Source: Candidatus Omnitrophota bacterium (GTDB taxonomy: Bacteria; Omnitrophota; Gorgyraeia; Tantalellales; Tantalellaceae). From it: a stretch of DNA of 64,000 nucleotides. Both the position numbers and the translations under genes were made by a program. Location: positions 29,549 to 93,548 of the forward strand of contig JADGBR010000003.1 in NCBI GenBank assembly GCA_015231405.1. The letters are read 5' to 3'. Positions 45,343 to 53,012 of the stretch are shown piece after piece (the first letter of the stretch is position 1; every line of letters begins with the position of its first letter). The notes under the pieces were generated by a model, which was not told the origin of the DNA, did no database searches, and worked only from the letters and a program-made list of their open reading frames with translations.

Positions 45343-45771
45343 ATGTTCACAGCCGATATGGTAATGACAAAAAAGGTATACAAAGTCAAAAAAGGCCAGC
45401 CTCTTAAGGATGCCATGGAGATCATGCTGAGCAAAAAAATAAGGGGTATTCCGGTCGTCGACGACGCGAACAACCTTGTCGGTATAATCACGGAAAGCGA
45501 CATGCTCAAGATCCTTATAGACGACGATATTAACGATGCTGATCCGGTCGAGAATTTCATGACTAAAGACGTTAAATGTTTCAATGCCAGGGACAAGATT
45601 ATGGACATATTTAATTATTTCATAGAGAGTCCCCGGAGGAGAGTGCCGATATTAAAGGACGGTAAGCTGGTCGGGATAATCTCGCGCAGAGACCTGATCA
45701 GCCTGATCCGAGACCTCAAAAAACGGGACTTGCAACGGACCAACTGGTGGGCAAGGATCATCCCCGCGTAG
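45343..45771 (+). CDS. CBS-domain pair protein (142 aa).
   Basis: SD AGGAGG upstream. IRGIPVVDDANNLVGIITESDMLKIL and RRVPILKDGKLVGIISRRDL are two CBS motifs. Confidence 0.8.
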   Translation: MFTADMVMTKKVYKVKKGQPLKDAMEIMLSKKIRGIPVVDDANNLVGIITESDMLKILIDDDINDADPVENFMTKDVKCFNARDKIMDIFNYFIESPRRRVPILKDGKLVGIISRRDLISLIRDLKKRDLQRTNWWARIIPA

Positions 45772-45779
45772 AGGCCGCG

Positions 45780-46226
45780 TTAAAAGGCCTTTACCTGCCA
45801 TATTTTTTTCCATCCTTTTTTTAATATGTCTCTCAAGCTGTCGAAAGCGATGCGTTCGACGGAAGCTTCTTCATCCAGCCATTCGTAAGCGGTTATCTCT
45901 TTATTGTCGACATTGACCTTTTCACTGGACGTAAAAGCGAGGAAATACACCGAATGCTTCTCTATGCTCTCGCCCTTCTTTCCGGGACGGTTGGACAAAG
46001 TTCCGTACACGTCCTCCTCTCGGAACCCATCGATGACCTTTAAGCTCTTTATCCCCGTTTCCTCCTCTGTCTCCCTGAGAGCCGCCTCAAGCTCAGTTTC
46101 CCCATCCTCCAAATGCCCCTTTGGGAAACCCCATATCTTATTGCGCTCGCTGTAGATCACCAGGCACTTTAAGCCATCTGCGGTTTTACAAAAAACCAAA
46201 AATCCTCCCGAATATTCCTTTCTCAT
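45780..46226 (-). CDS. NUDIX hydrolase (148 aa).
   Basis: The Nudix box GFPKGHLEDGETELEAALRETEEETGI (GX5EX7REUXEEXGU) is present, with SD AAGGAGA upstream on the reverse strand. It converges on the CBS gene with an 8-nt gap. Confidence 0.85.
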   Translation of the reverse strand: MRKEYSGGFLVFCKTADGLKCLVIYSERNKIWGFPKGHLEDGETELEAALRETEEETGIKSLKVIDGFREEDVYGTLSNRPGKKGESIEKHSVYFLAFTSSEKVNVDNKEITAYEWLDEEASVERIAFDSLRDILKKGWKKIWQVKAF

Positions 46227-46540
46227 CCAGTCTCCTTTATGTGCGGTATGATAGCTTTAATTTTATCACGGTAATAAAATATTCTCCACCCTTATAAATT
46301 CTTAGGGTCTTTACACGATATAAGCCTGTTTGTATATGTAACCCACATCCTTGCTTAATTAACCAAAATATAGGCAAATTATACCACTTATAGCTGTATA
46401 TTTAATTAAAACCTTCCTTAATATCCCACTCTGGAGAAAAAATAGAAAAATAATAAAAGAAAAAAAAGGTAGTAATACATTGAAACTTTTTCCTGAAAAA
46501 ACGGTTATATATGGTAGAGGCATGAATAAAGGAGATAGCC

Positions 46541-46687
46541 ATGACGATCTATAAAATATTAGAAATAGCCGGAGGAGAAACAGGGCTAAAGATCCATTTG
46601 CCATACACTTTTTGCCAGAAGTTAAAATGGTTGTTCCTTGTACACTACTATTCAAATCAAAGTTTAAGGGAGACCGATAAGGGGTGA
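46541..46687 (+). CDS. Small 48-aa ORF, possibly a SpoVT/AbrB/MazE-like (swapped-hairpin) DNA-binding or antitoxin-like protein.
   Basis: SD aaaggaga lies 5 nt upstream of the ATG. The translation is MTIYKILEIAGGETGLKIHLPYTFCQKLKWLFLVHYYSNQSLRETDKG. The ORF sits in AT-rich DNA where random ORFs are short, and its stop overlaps the next ORF. The fold assignment is speculative. Confidence 0.4.
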   Translation: MTIYKILEIAGGETGLKIHLPYTFCQKLKWLFLVHYYSNQSLRETDKG

Positions 46688-46692
46688 TAAAT

Positions 46693-46887
46693 ATGATCAT
46701 GATCAAATGTCGCAAGTGCGGATCGATAAGTTACTCTTCATATGACGGGGCGAAATGTGCATGCGGGGGGGTAAGTGAAGACGCTGAGGAAAAAGCTGTT
46801 ACAAATACATTGCCGCTAAAGGGGGAAAAAAACATAGGAATATTTTTCGGCGAGGTATTGGCTTTGATCAATATGATCCTGATCTAG
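46693..46887 (+). CDS. Small zinc-ribbon protein (64 aa).
   Basis: SD aagggg lies 8 nt upstream. The translation is MIMIKCRKCGSISYSSYDGAKCACGG... with a CxxC-x12-CxC motif. It lies directly upstream of the nuclease gene. Confidence 0.45.
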   Translation: MIMIKCRKCGSISYSSYDGAKCACGGVSEDAEEKAVTNTLPLKGEKNIGIFFGEVLALINMILI

Positions 46888-46912
46888 CGACCGCGAAAGG
46901 ATCGATCAGGAT
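46876..46912 (+). promoter_or_regulatory. 9-bp stem hairpin (atcctgatc / gatcaggat, 19-nt loop) overlapping the SD and start codon of the DUF2779-like gene.
   Basis: Read from the sequence. The stem's 3' arm includes the first two bases of the ATG (46911-46913), and the loop contains the SD aaagga. Confidence 0.35.
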
Positions 46913-48449
46913 GTTCTTAGTGGCAACCGGATATGTTTTGTGGCATAGTATTGACATGTTCAAACATATCTCGGGGCGGGCCGGATCCCTCGGCGATATC
47001 CTTACAAAGTCCAGGTTCCTCAACGGCCTTCAATGTCCGCTTTTTCTTTGGACCCAGGCCCGTTTGCCTGAAAGGATACCGAGGCCTGACGCGGCAACGG
47101 CGAGGAGGTTTGATGCCGGGGACATGGTCGGCGAACTTGCCAAGAAAGTGTTCCCGGACGGCATCGACATTCCCCGCGATGATTTTTTCGGCAATATTGA
47201 GCTTGCCGGGAAAGCCATGAAAAAACGGCTGCCGATCTTTGAGGCGGGTCTTTTTGCCGGGAGGGTGTTTTCAAGGGTCGATATACTCGAGCCATCGGGA
47301 AAGACCGGATGGAACATTATCGAGGTTAAGAGCTCCGCGAGCGTCAAGGATCTTCATATAACAGACGTAGCGTTCCAGTACTTTTCGGCGATAGAAGCCG
47401 GTCTGTCGGTGAATAAGTGCTATCTAATGCATGTAAATACAGGGTATGTAAGGCGCGGGGATATATCGCCGTCGGAGTTTTTTGTCAGAGAAGATGTAAC
47501 GAGAAAAGCCGGGATCCGAGCCAGCGGCATCGGAAAAAAAGTTGGCGAGCTGCTTAAGGTCTTAGACGGCGACAGAATTCCGGAAAAAGACATAGGCGAG
47601 TGGTGCAGGTCGCCTTATCACTGTCCGATGATAAAAGAATGCTGGCGGTTCCTTCCGGATCATAGCGTCTTTGATCTTGCCGGGGCGGGAAAGAAGGCGT
47701 ATGAGCTTTATCGGGCTGGGATCCTCGCGATCACGGATATACCCGGCGGATATCCGCTTAAAAAGAATCAGATCATCCAACAAAAATGCGAGAGGGAAGG
47801 GCGTCCACACGCCGATATTAAGGCAATAAACGATTTCCTGTCGTTTTTGGAGTACCCGCTGCATTTCATGGATTTCGAGACGGTGAATCCGGCGGTGCCG
47901 CTTTACGAAGGGACAAGCCCTTTTGAGCAGATCCCTTTCCAGTTCTCTGTGTTCGTCGTCGAAAAAGAGGGAGCCCGGGCCGAAAGGAGGGATTTCCTGG
48001 CGGAAGGGATGATCGACCCCAGACCGGAATTCCTCCGTGAGCTTAAAAGCGCGTTAGGCCCGAGAGGGACAGTTGTGGCCTACAATAAATCGTTCGAGAA
48101 CGCCGTTCTCCGGAAGCTCGCGGTGATGTCGCCGGAAGACGCAGACTGGGTCCAGGACGTGATCTCAAGGACGGTAGATCTCCTAAGCCCGTTCAAGTCG
48201 TTCCAGTACTATCACCCTGGCCAGAAGGGAAAAGCTTCTATCAAGAATGTTCTTCCTGCGCTTACGGGTATAAGCTATGACGGCCTCGAAATATGTGAAG
48301 GGGGCGCCGCGTCCGACGCGTTCTTGGCGATCGTCGACGGAAGGCTCTCCGAAAAAGATAAGGCGAGAACACGCGCCGGTCTTATAACATACTGCGGGCA
48401 GGATGCCGAAGGGATGGTGCGGATCCTGGAAAAGCTTAAGAAAATTTAG
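46911..48449 (+). CDS. Cas4/RecB-like PD-(D/E)XK nuclease fused to an RNase-H-like/DEDD-type exonuclease (512 aa). It resembles the family I know as DUF2779.
   Basis: The N-terminus is RFLNGLQCPLFLW. The PD-(D/E)XK core IIEVKSS is followed by the Cys cluster CRSPYHCPMIKEC (a Cas4-like Fe-S site). In the C-terminal half, MDFET, YNKSFENAV and ASDAFLAI resemble DEDD exonuclease motifs. Confidence 0.55.
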   Translation: MFLVATGYVLWHSIDMFKHISGRAGSLGDILTKSRFLNGLQCPLFLWTQARLPERIPRPDAATARRFDAGDMVGELAKKVFPDGIDIPRDDFFGNIELAGKAMKKRLPIFEAGLFAGRVFSRVDILEPSGKTGWNIIEVKSSASVKDLHITDVAFQYFSAIEAGLSVNKCYLMHVNTGYVRRGDISPSEFFVREDVTRKAGIRASGIGKKVGELLKVLDGDRIPEKDIGEWCRSPYHCPMIKECWRFLPDHSVFDLAGAGKKAYELYRAGILAITDIPGGYPLKKNQIIQQKCEREGRPHADIKAINDFLSFLEYPLHFMDFETVNPAVPLYEGTSPFEQIPFQFSVFVVEKEGARAERRDFLAEGMIDPRPEFLRELKSALGPRGTVVAYNKSFENAVLRKLAVMSPEDADWVQDVISRTVDLLSPFKSFQYYHPGQKGKASIKNVLPALTGISYDGLEICEGGAASDAFLAIVDGRLSEKDKARTRAGLITYCGQDAEGMVRILEKLKKI

Positions 48450-48464
48450 AGGAGGATAACTGAT

Positions 48465-49664
48465 ATGGCGAATGAGTTGATCAAGTGCCCTGCCTGCGGG
48501 GCGGAGTTCGAATTATCGCAGGCGATAGCGCGGGATATGGAGACGGCATTCTCTAAGAAATACCAGGCCCAAATGAAAGAGTTCGAGGAGAAGGCGCGTC
48601 GTGAGATGAAAGAGCAGATGGAAACCGCGCAGAAGAAGTTCTCCGAAGATGCCCGTAAAAAGGCCGAAGCCGCTTTGAAGGGAGAGATCGACGAGCTTAA
48701 GGTCGAACTGGATTCGAAAACTAAAAGGCTCGATGAGAGCCGGAGAGAGGAGATAGCCCTCCGTAAGAGGCAGCGCGAACTCGAGGAGAAGGAGAAGGCT
48801 CTCGAGCTTGAGACCGCGAGAAGGATCGACGCGGAAAGGAAGAAGATACAGGAGGATACGCTTAAGAATTCGGAGGAGCGCTATAGGCTGAAAGACGCCG
48901 AAAAGGATAAACAGCTCTCCGATATGAAAAAGCAGATAGACGAACTTAAGAGGAAGGCCGAGATAGCTTCGCAGCAGAACCAGGGTGAGGTGCTTGAGCT
49001 CGAGCTTGAGGCAATGCTTAAGGATGAGTTCCAGTTCGATGATATCGAGCCAGTCGGAAAAGGGCAGAAGGGCGGGGACATTATCCAGACAGTAAAAACG
49101 CAGTCCGGACGTGTTTGCGGGAAGATACTCTGGGAAACTAAGAGGACGAAAGCATGGTCCGACACCTGGATACAGAAACTCAAGGACGATCAGAGGGACA
49201 CAAAAGCGGATATCGCCGTTCTTGTCTCGGAAAGCCTGCCGAAAGGGATGAGCCAGTTCAGGGTTATAGACGGCGTCTGGGTCGCGGCTTTATCATCGTC
49301 ATTAAGCCTGGCGCTCGCGCTCAGGGTTGTCCTCACGCAGGTGGCGAGGGAAAGGCAGCTTGAGACCGGGAAGAAAGAGAAGATGGAGCTGGTTTACAAT
49401 TATCTTACGGGCGTCGAGTTCCGTAACAGGGTCGAGGCAATAGTCGAATCTTTTCTGGCAATGAAACATGGCCTCGATAGGGAAAGGACGGCGATGAACA
49501 AGATCTGGGATAAAAGGGAAAAACAGATACAGAGAGTGCTCCTCAATATCGGCGGAATGCAGGGCGATATCGAGGGCTTATCGGGGATGACCCTCCCCAG
49601 GATCGACGCGCTGGAACTGCCTGAGGGGGATACGGAGGCTGAGGAAAATGACGTGGTCAGCTGA
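48465..49664 (+). CDS. DUF2130-like protein (399 aa) with an N-terminal CxxC knuckle, a long Lys/Glu-rich coiled coil and a C-terminal PD-(D/E)XK-like core.
   Basis: SD ggagga upstream. The N-terminus is MANELIKCPACGAEFELS. About 200 aa of heptad-like EEKA/RKK repeats follow. The C-terminus carries GDIIQ...ILWETKRTK (D...ExK). Confidence 0.55.
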   Translation: MANELIKCPACGAEFELSQAIARDMETAFSKKYQAQMKEFEEKARREMKEQMETAQKKFSEDARKKAEAALKGEIDELKVELDSKTKRLDESRREEIALRKRQRELEEKEKALELETARRIDAERKKIQEDTLKNSEERYRLKDAEKDKQLSDMKKQIDELKRKAEIASQQNQGEVLELELEAMLKDEFQFDDIEPVGKGQKGGDIIQTVKTQSGRVCGKILWETKRTKAWSDTWIQKLKDDQRDTKADIAVLVSESLPKGMSQFRVIDGVWVAALSSSLSLALALRVVLTQVARERQLETGKKEKMELVYNYLTGVEFRNRVEAIVESFLAMKHGLDRERTAMNKIWDKREKQIQRVLLNIGGMQGDIEGLSGMTLPRIDALELPEGDTEAEENDVVS

Positions 49665-50316
49665 TCAGGGGATATGCTGTTTTATCTCTCTTCCCGACAG
49701 CCGGAGTACGGAATTTATCGGTGAGCTCATCAGGCATTTCAGCGATGATGATCATGATCTCATACTGGGTTTCGTGGGTTTCAATAACCTGGAGGAGAAG
49801 GAATATAAAAAATATGAGGTTGAGATACTGAAGAGGAGCGCGGGGTATAAATTCGGCTATGTCGGATTTGATCCCGGTATTAAGGTTCTGTTCGAGAGAA
49901 TGATGAAGGGGCTTTTCACCCCCGTAATAAATGGGGTGAAGGCCTATCGCATGAGCGGGGAGATGCGGGATCATTTTATCCGGAACTATTTGGCTAAACT
50001 AAAACGCGCGCGTGGGACTATCTGGGACCTGGGTGTTTACAGGAACGACAGCCCGGTCATGGAATGCCATGACGATCTTACCGCTATAACATTTTACGAT
50101 GAAAATGAGATCAATGCCGGGTTCCTGGATAAGATGATCGACCGGAACATATTGGCGAACTACGCTATCACGGAAAAAGCGCCGGAAAATTTCATATGCC
50201 CCGGATGCGGAAGACCGAGCATCGATCAGTACCTCGTAGTAGCGAAAAACTTCACGCCGTCTGGTGACAATTTCGTTTGCGGGAGATGCTATAATAAAAT
50301 ATCCGTGACAATATAA
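49648..50316 (+). CDS. Hypothetical protein (222 aa) with a C-terminal zinc ribbon; it overlaps the upstream gene by 17 nt.
   Basis: The ATG at 49648 lies inside the end of the DUF2130-like gene, which suggests translational coupling. The C-terminus is CPGCGRPS...CGRCYNK. Confidence 0.6.
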   Translation: MTWSADQGICCFISLPDSRSTEFIGELIRHFSDDDHDLILGFVGFNNLEEKEYKKYEVEILKRSAGYKFGYVGFDPGIKVLFERMMKGLFTPVINGVKAYRMSGEMRDHFIRNYLAKLKRARGTIWDLGVYRNDSPVMECHDDLTAITFYDENEINAGFLDKMIDRNILANYAITEKAPENFICPGCGRPSIDQYLVVAKNFTPSGDNFVCGRCYNKISVTI

Positions 50317-50499
50317 CGGATATCTCCAAGATATCGTTCACCGTGCCAGAAATACTCAGTTCTTTCCTGGGTCTCATAGCTAACGTCTAAAAAAAGTCTT
50401 AGATGTTACAAATCAATTGACTAAAATGCAAAAATAAGTTAGAATAATAAAATCCAAGAAAGCATAAAATGCAAAAAAGATAAATATCCCCGACTTATT

Positions 50500-52704
50500 A
50501 TGCCTACACGCAAAATTCTTTCGTTGATCATTGTATGTTCGGTTATATCAACCGACATTAGCTGGTGTTCGCCGGATCGTATGGAGTTGGCGACCAGGTC
50601 GATCTTTGGTCAGGATAAGGTCCGTGACAAAGGTATGATAAAGTATTATCTGGCCAGGCTCTTTTGGCCCGGGAGGTTCTTGTTGCCGATACCCGGAGAT
50701 GTAAATATAAGAGTGCCGAACGAAGATATTGGTATTGTTTTGGAATTCTCGCGCGAAAATGAGAAAGTGTTTTCCGGGTTGATAAATATCCCTTTCGCGC
50801 GGCATATTCCATGTAAAGTGGGACATTTTCAATATTACGCGTACATTACACCTGACACCTCCGGTAAAGCGCCCGAGATAACAATTTACGATATCGATGA
50901 ATTTGAGGCCGTTGAGAGACGTGGTTCTCTCGGGCATTATAGCGATCTATCGGTTCAGGCCGAAACCGTTCACGGTGAAATCGGATCGGAAGTAATGAGA
51001 ATAGAGTCGGACGGGGCTTATGAGTTGCGCATTAAATACAGCCCCGGAGGGAATAAGGAAGAAAGGGTAACTGATCTCCGGGAATTGGCGGTATCGCGCG
51101 TGGGTGAGGGATCCGGACAGAGGGAACTCGAGAATTGGGATAATTTTACGCTCATCCCGCATCTTAAAACTTTGTGGACCGGTTCCACGGAGATCATAAA
51201 GGCTAGAATCAGCAAGGCTATCCGTGTGATCCAGATGGAGTTCATGGGTATGCTCGTGACAACGAGCAAAGAACGTTTAGAGAGTATAGACAGGGTCATC
51301 ATCGATAACTATATCCCGAAGGGTGATAAGCCTTTCCTTGTCGCGGATACGGCAGTAAGTATGGGGTTCACCAGCGTCGATCTCGCGACGGCTTTGGAAA
51401 AAGCGGGAAAAAATTTCCGTATAATATCTTCTGACCGCATGATCAAGATAAGGTTAGTCGCGAGGAATGGCTGTTGGGCCATGTTCTATTCGAGCGGAAA
51501 ACTTTTAGCCGTCAGATATAAGGGGTCGGTGTACAGGGAAGGAAAGTTCGACGATCTGCCGGTCACCGTGATAGATGGCTTGTATGAATCATATAACAGC
51601 GGCCATTTCAGCGAATTTTCGAGAAGCTCTCCCGAAGTCGAAGAGTATATGAGGCAACATCCCGAAAGGTTGTATCAAGCTGAGATCGACGCGATGGACC
51701 CCAACCTTGATGAGAATAAATATGAGGTTGTAAGATGTTTTAATCTTTTTCAGTATTTCAATAATACCGACAGGCTGAAGATCGTGCGGAATTTGGGGCG
51801 TACGGTAAAAGAAGGAGGATATCTCATCGTCGGTTTTGGCAGCGAATACATACAATACGCGGTTTGGCGAAAAAACGGGAATAGGCTTTTAAGGGTAGAC
51901 GCTGACAGGGAAGGAGCCGACTATCTATACGGGCTTATAAATAACCCGGGGATGTTCAGGGATATCGATCTTGCCGACCTTTCAGGGAATCTGACCCCGG
52001 GAGAAGAAACGAGGGTGTACATGGATGAGAGGTTTAATAGAGCCGTCTTGGGAGCGGGTAAAACCGCGCGGGAGATCGCCGGAGCGCTGATGAGCATGGC
52101 GATCGATCTTAGTGAGGGAGAGAAAGCTCTCCTCGCGCTTGACGAAGATCTGGGAAAAGAAGGCACTGTAAATCTCATAAGGTCCATTGAAGAAGAGCTT
52201 TGCGGGCTTAAAACGGATGTTGACTGGAAGGAAATATTCGGAAGGATCACTATCATAAGAGGAAGAGGCTCCGCCCTTGTTAGAGATGTATTATCTCTTA
52301 CTGATGAGAGTGCCGGGAAAGATAAGATAGAATTGTCGAACGTTATGTTGATAGCCGGGTCGAACGGTGAGATCGCGAGCGCTTCCGGCGCTTTTCGGGG
52401 TGAGGCCATCGTAACGCTCATAGATGACGCCAACCTCGATATGATGAGTTATTATCCTTTCGGCGAGATCGTCCTTTTCACTGTCGGCAAAGCGCTTTTA
52501 AGGCGCGGTATCGGGGCATACAGCGAGGAACAGCTGATAAGTTTATGCAAGGCGATGAGTATTGAAATGCCAGAGGGCGATGACTGCCGTAAATACGTTA
52601 CATCAAATGTCGCCAAGATCACGCTTCGGCGCTGTGAAATATTCGAATATGACGAACAACGAGCTATATTCGCTAATATGAGCAGCGTGATACGATCACT
52701 ATAA
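50500..52704 (+). CDS. Hypothetical protein (734 aa) with a central Rossmann-fold, SAM-methyltransferase-like segment.
   Basis: FLVADTAVSMGFTSVDLA resembles motif I, and VVRCFNLFQYF...LGRTVKEGGYLIVGFG resembles motif II/III of class I methyltransferases. I recognised no other family, and the start codon is uncertain. Confidence 0.55.
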   Translation: MPTRKILSLIIVCSVISTDISWCSPDRMELATRSIFGQDKVRDKGMIKYYLARLFWPGRFLLPIPGDVNIRVPNEDIGIVLEFSRENEKVFSGLINIPFARHIPCKVGHFQYYAYITPDTSGKAPEITIYDIDEFEAVERRGSLGHYSDLSVQAETVHGEIGSEVMRIESDGAYELRIKYSPGGNKEERVTDLRELAVSRVGEGSGQRELENWDNFTLIPHLKTLWTGSTEIIKARISKAIRVIQMEFMGMLVTTSKERLESIDRVIIDNYIPKGDKPFLVADTAVSMGFTSVDLATALEKAGKNFRIISSDRMIKIRLVARNGCWAMFYSSGKLLAVRYKGSVYREGKFDDLPVTVIDGLYESYNSGHFSEFSRSSPEVEEYMRQHPERLYQAEIDAMDPNLDENKYEVVRCFNLFQYFNNTDRLKIVRNLGRTVKEGGYLIVGFGSEYIQYAVWRKNGNRLLRVDADREGADYLYGLINNPGMFRDIDLADLSGNLTPGEETRVYMDERFNRAVLGAGKTAREIAGALMSMAIDLSEGEKALLALDEDLGKEGTVNLIRSIEEELCGLKTDVDWKEIFGRITIIRGRGSALVRDVLSLTDESAGKDKIELSNVMLIAGSNGEIASASGAFRGEAIVTLIDDANLDMMSYYPFGEIVLFTVGKALLRRGIGAYSEEQLISLCKAMSIEMPEGDDCRKYVTSNVAKITLRRCEIFEYDEQRAIFANMSSVIRSL

Positions 52705-53012
52705 TTATAGTTACCATAATGTCCATTTCGTGCGGTGGGACGGCAAGGTGCCGTACGAAGAATCCCATCTCCATCATGACAGCACCAAGGCTATCACAAC
52801 GTTATAGATAAAAAAGCAAGAAATAAGCTATTTAATATATTTACGCTATGGTGTATACTTGTAAATAGCAAAAGCGAATTTTGTCGTAACGTTAAACAAG
52901 AAATTAGCCTTTAAACAAATCCGTACCAAAAAATGCGAATATAAATACGAACGATTTGTTATATTAACTATAGCTAAAGAATTTTAAAAAGGATAAAAAA
53001 AGGGGGGAGATA

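Noticed and set aside
46359-46715. 118-aa hydrophobic minus-strand ORF in the AT-rich island.
   Set aside because: It is antisense to two better-supported SD-preceded + strand micro-ORFs. Its composition (Phe/Leu/Ile runs) is what AT-rich DNA yields by chance, and it has no SD.
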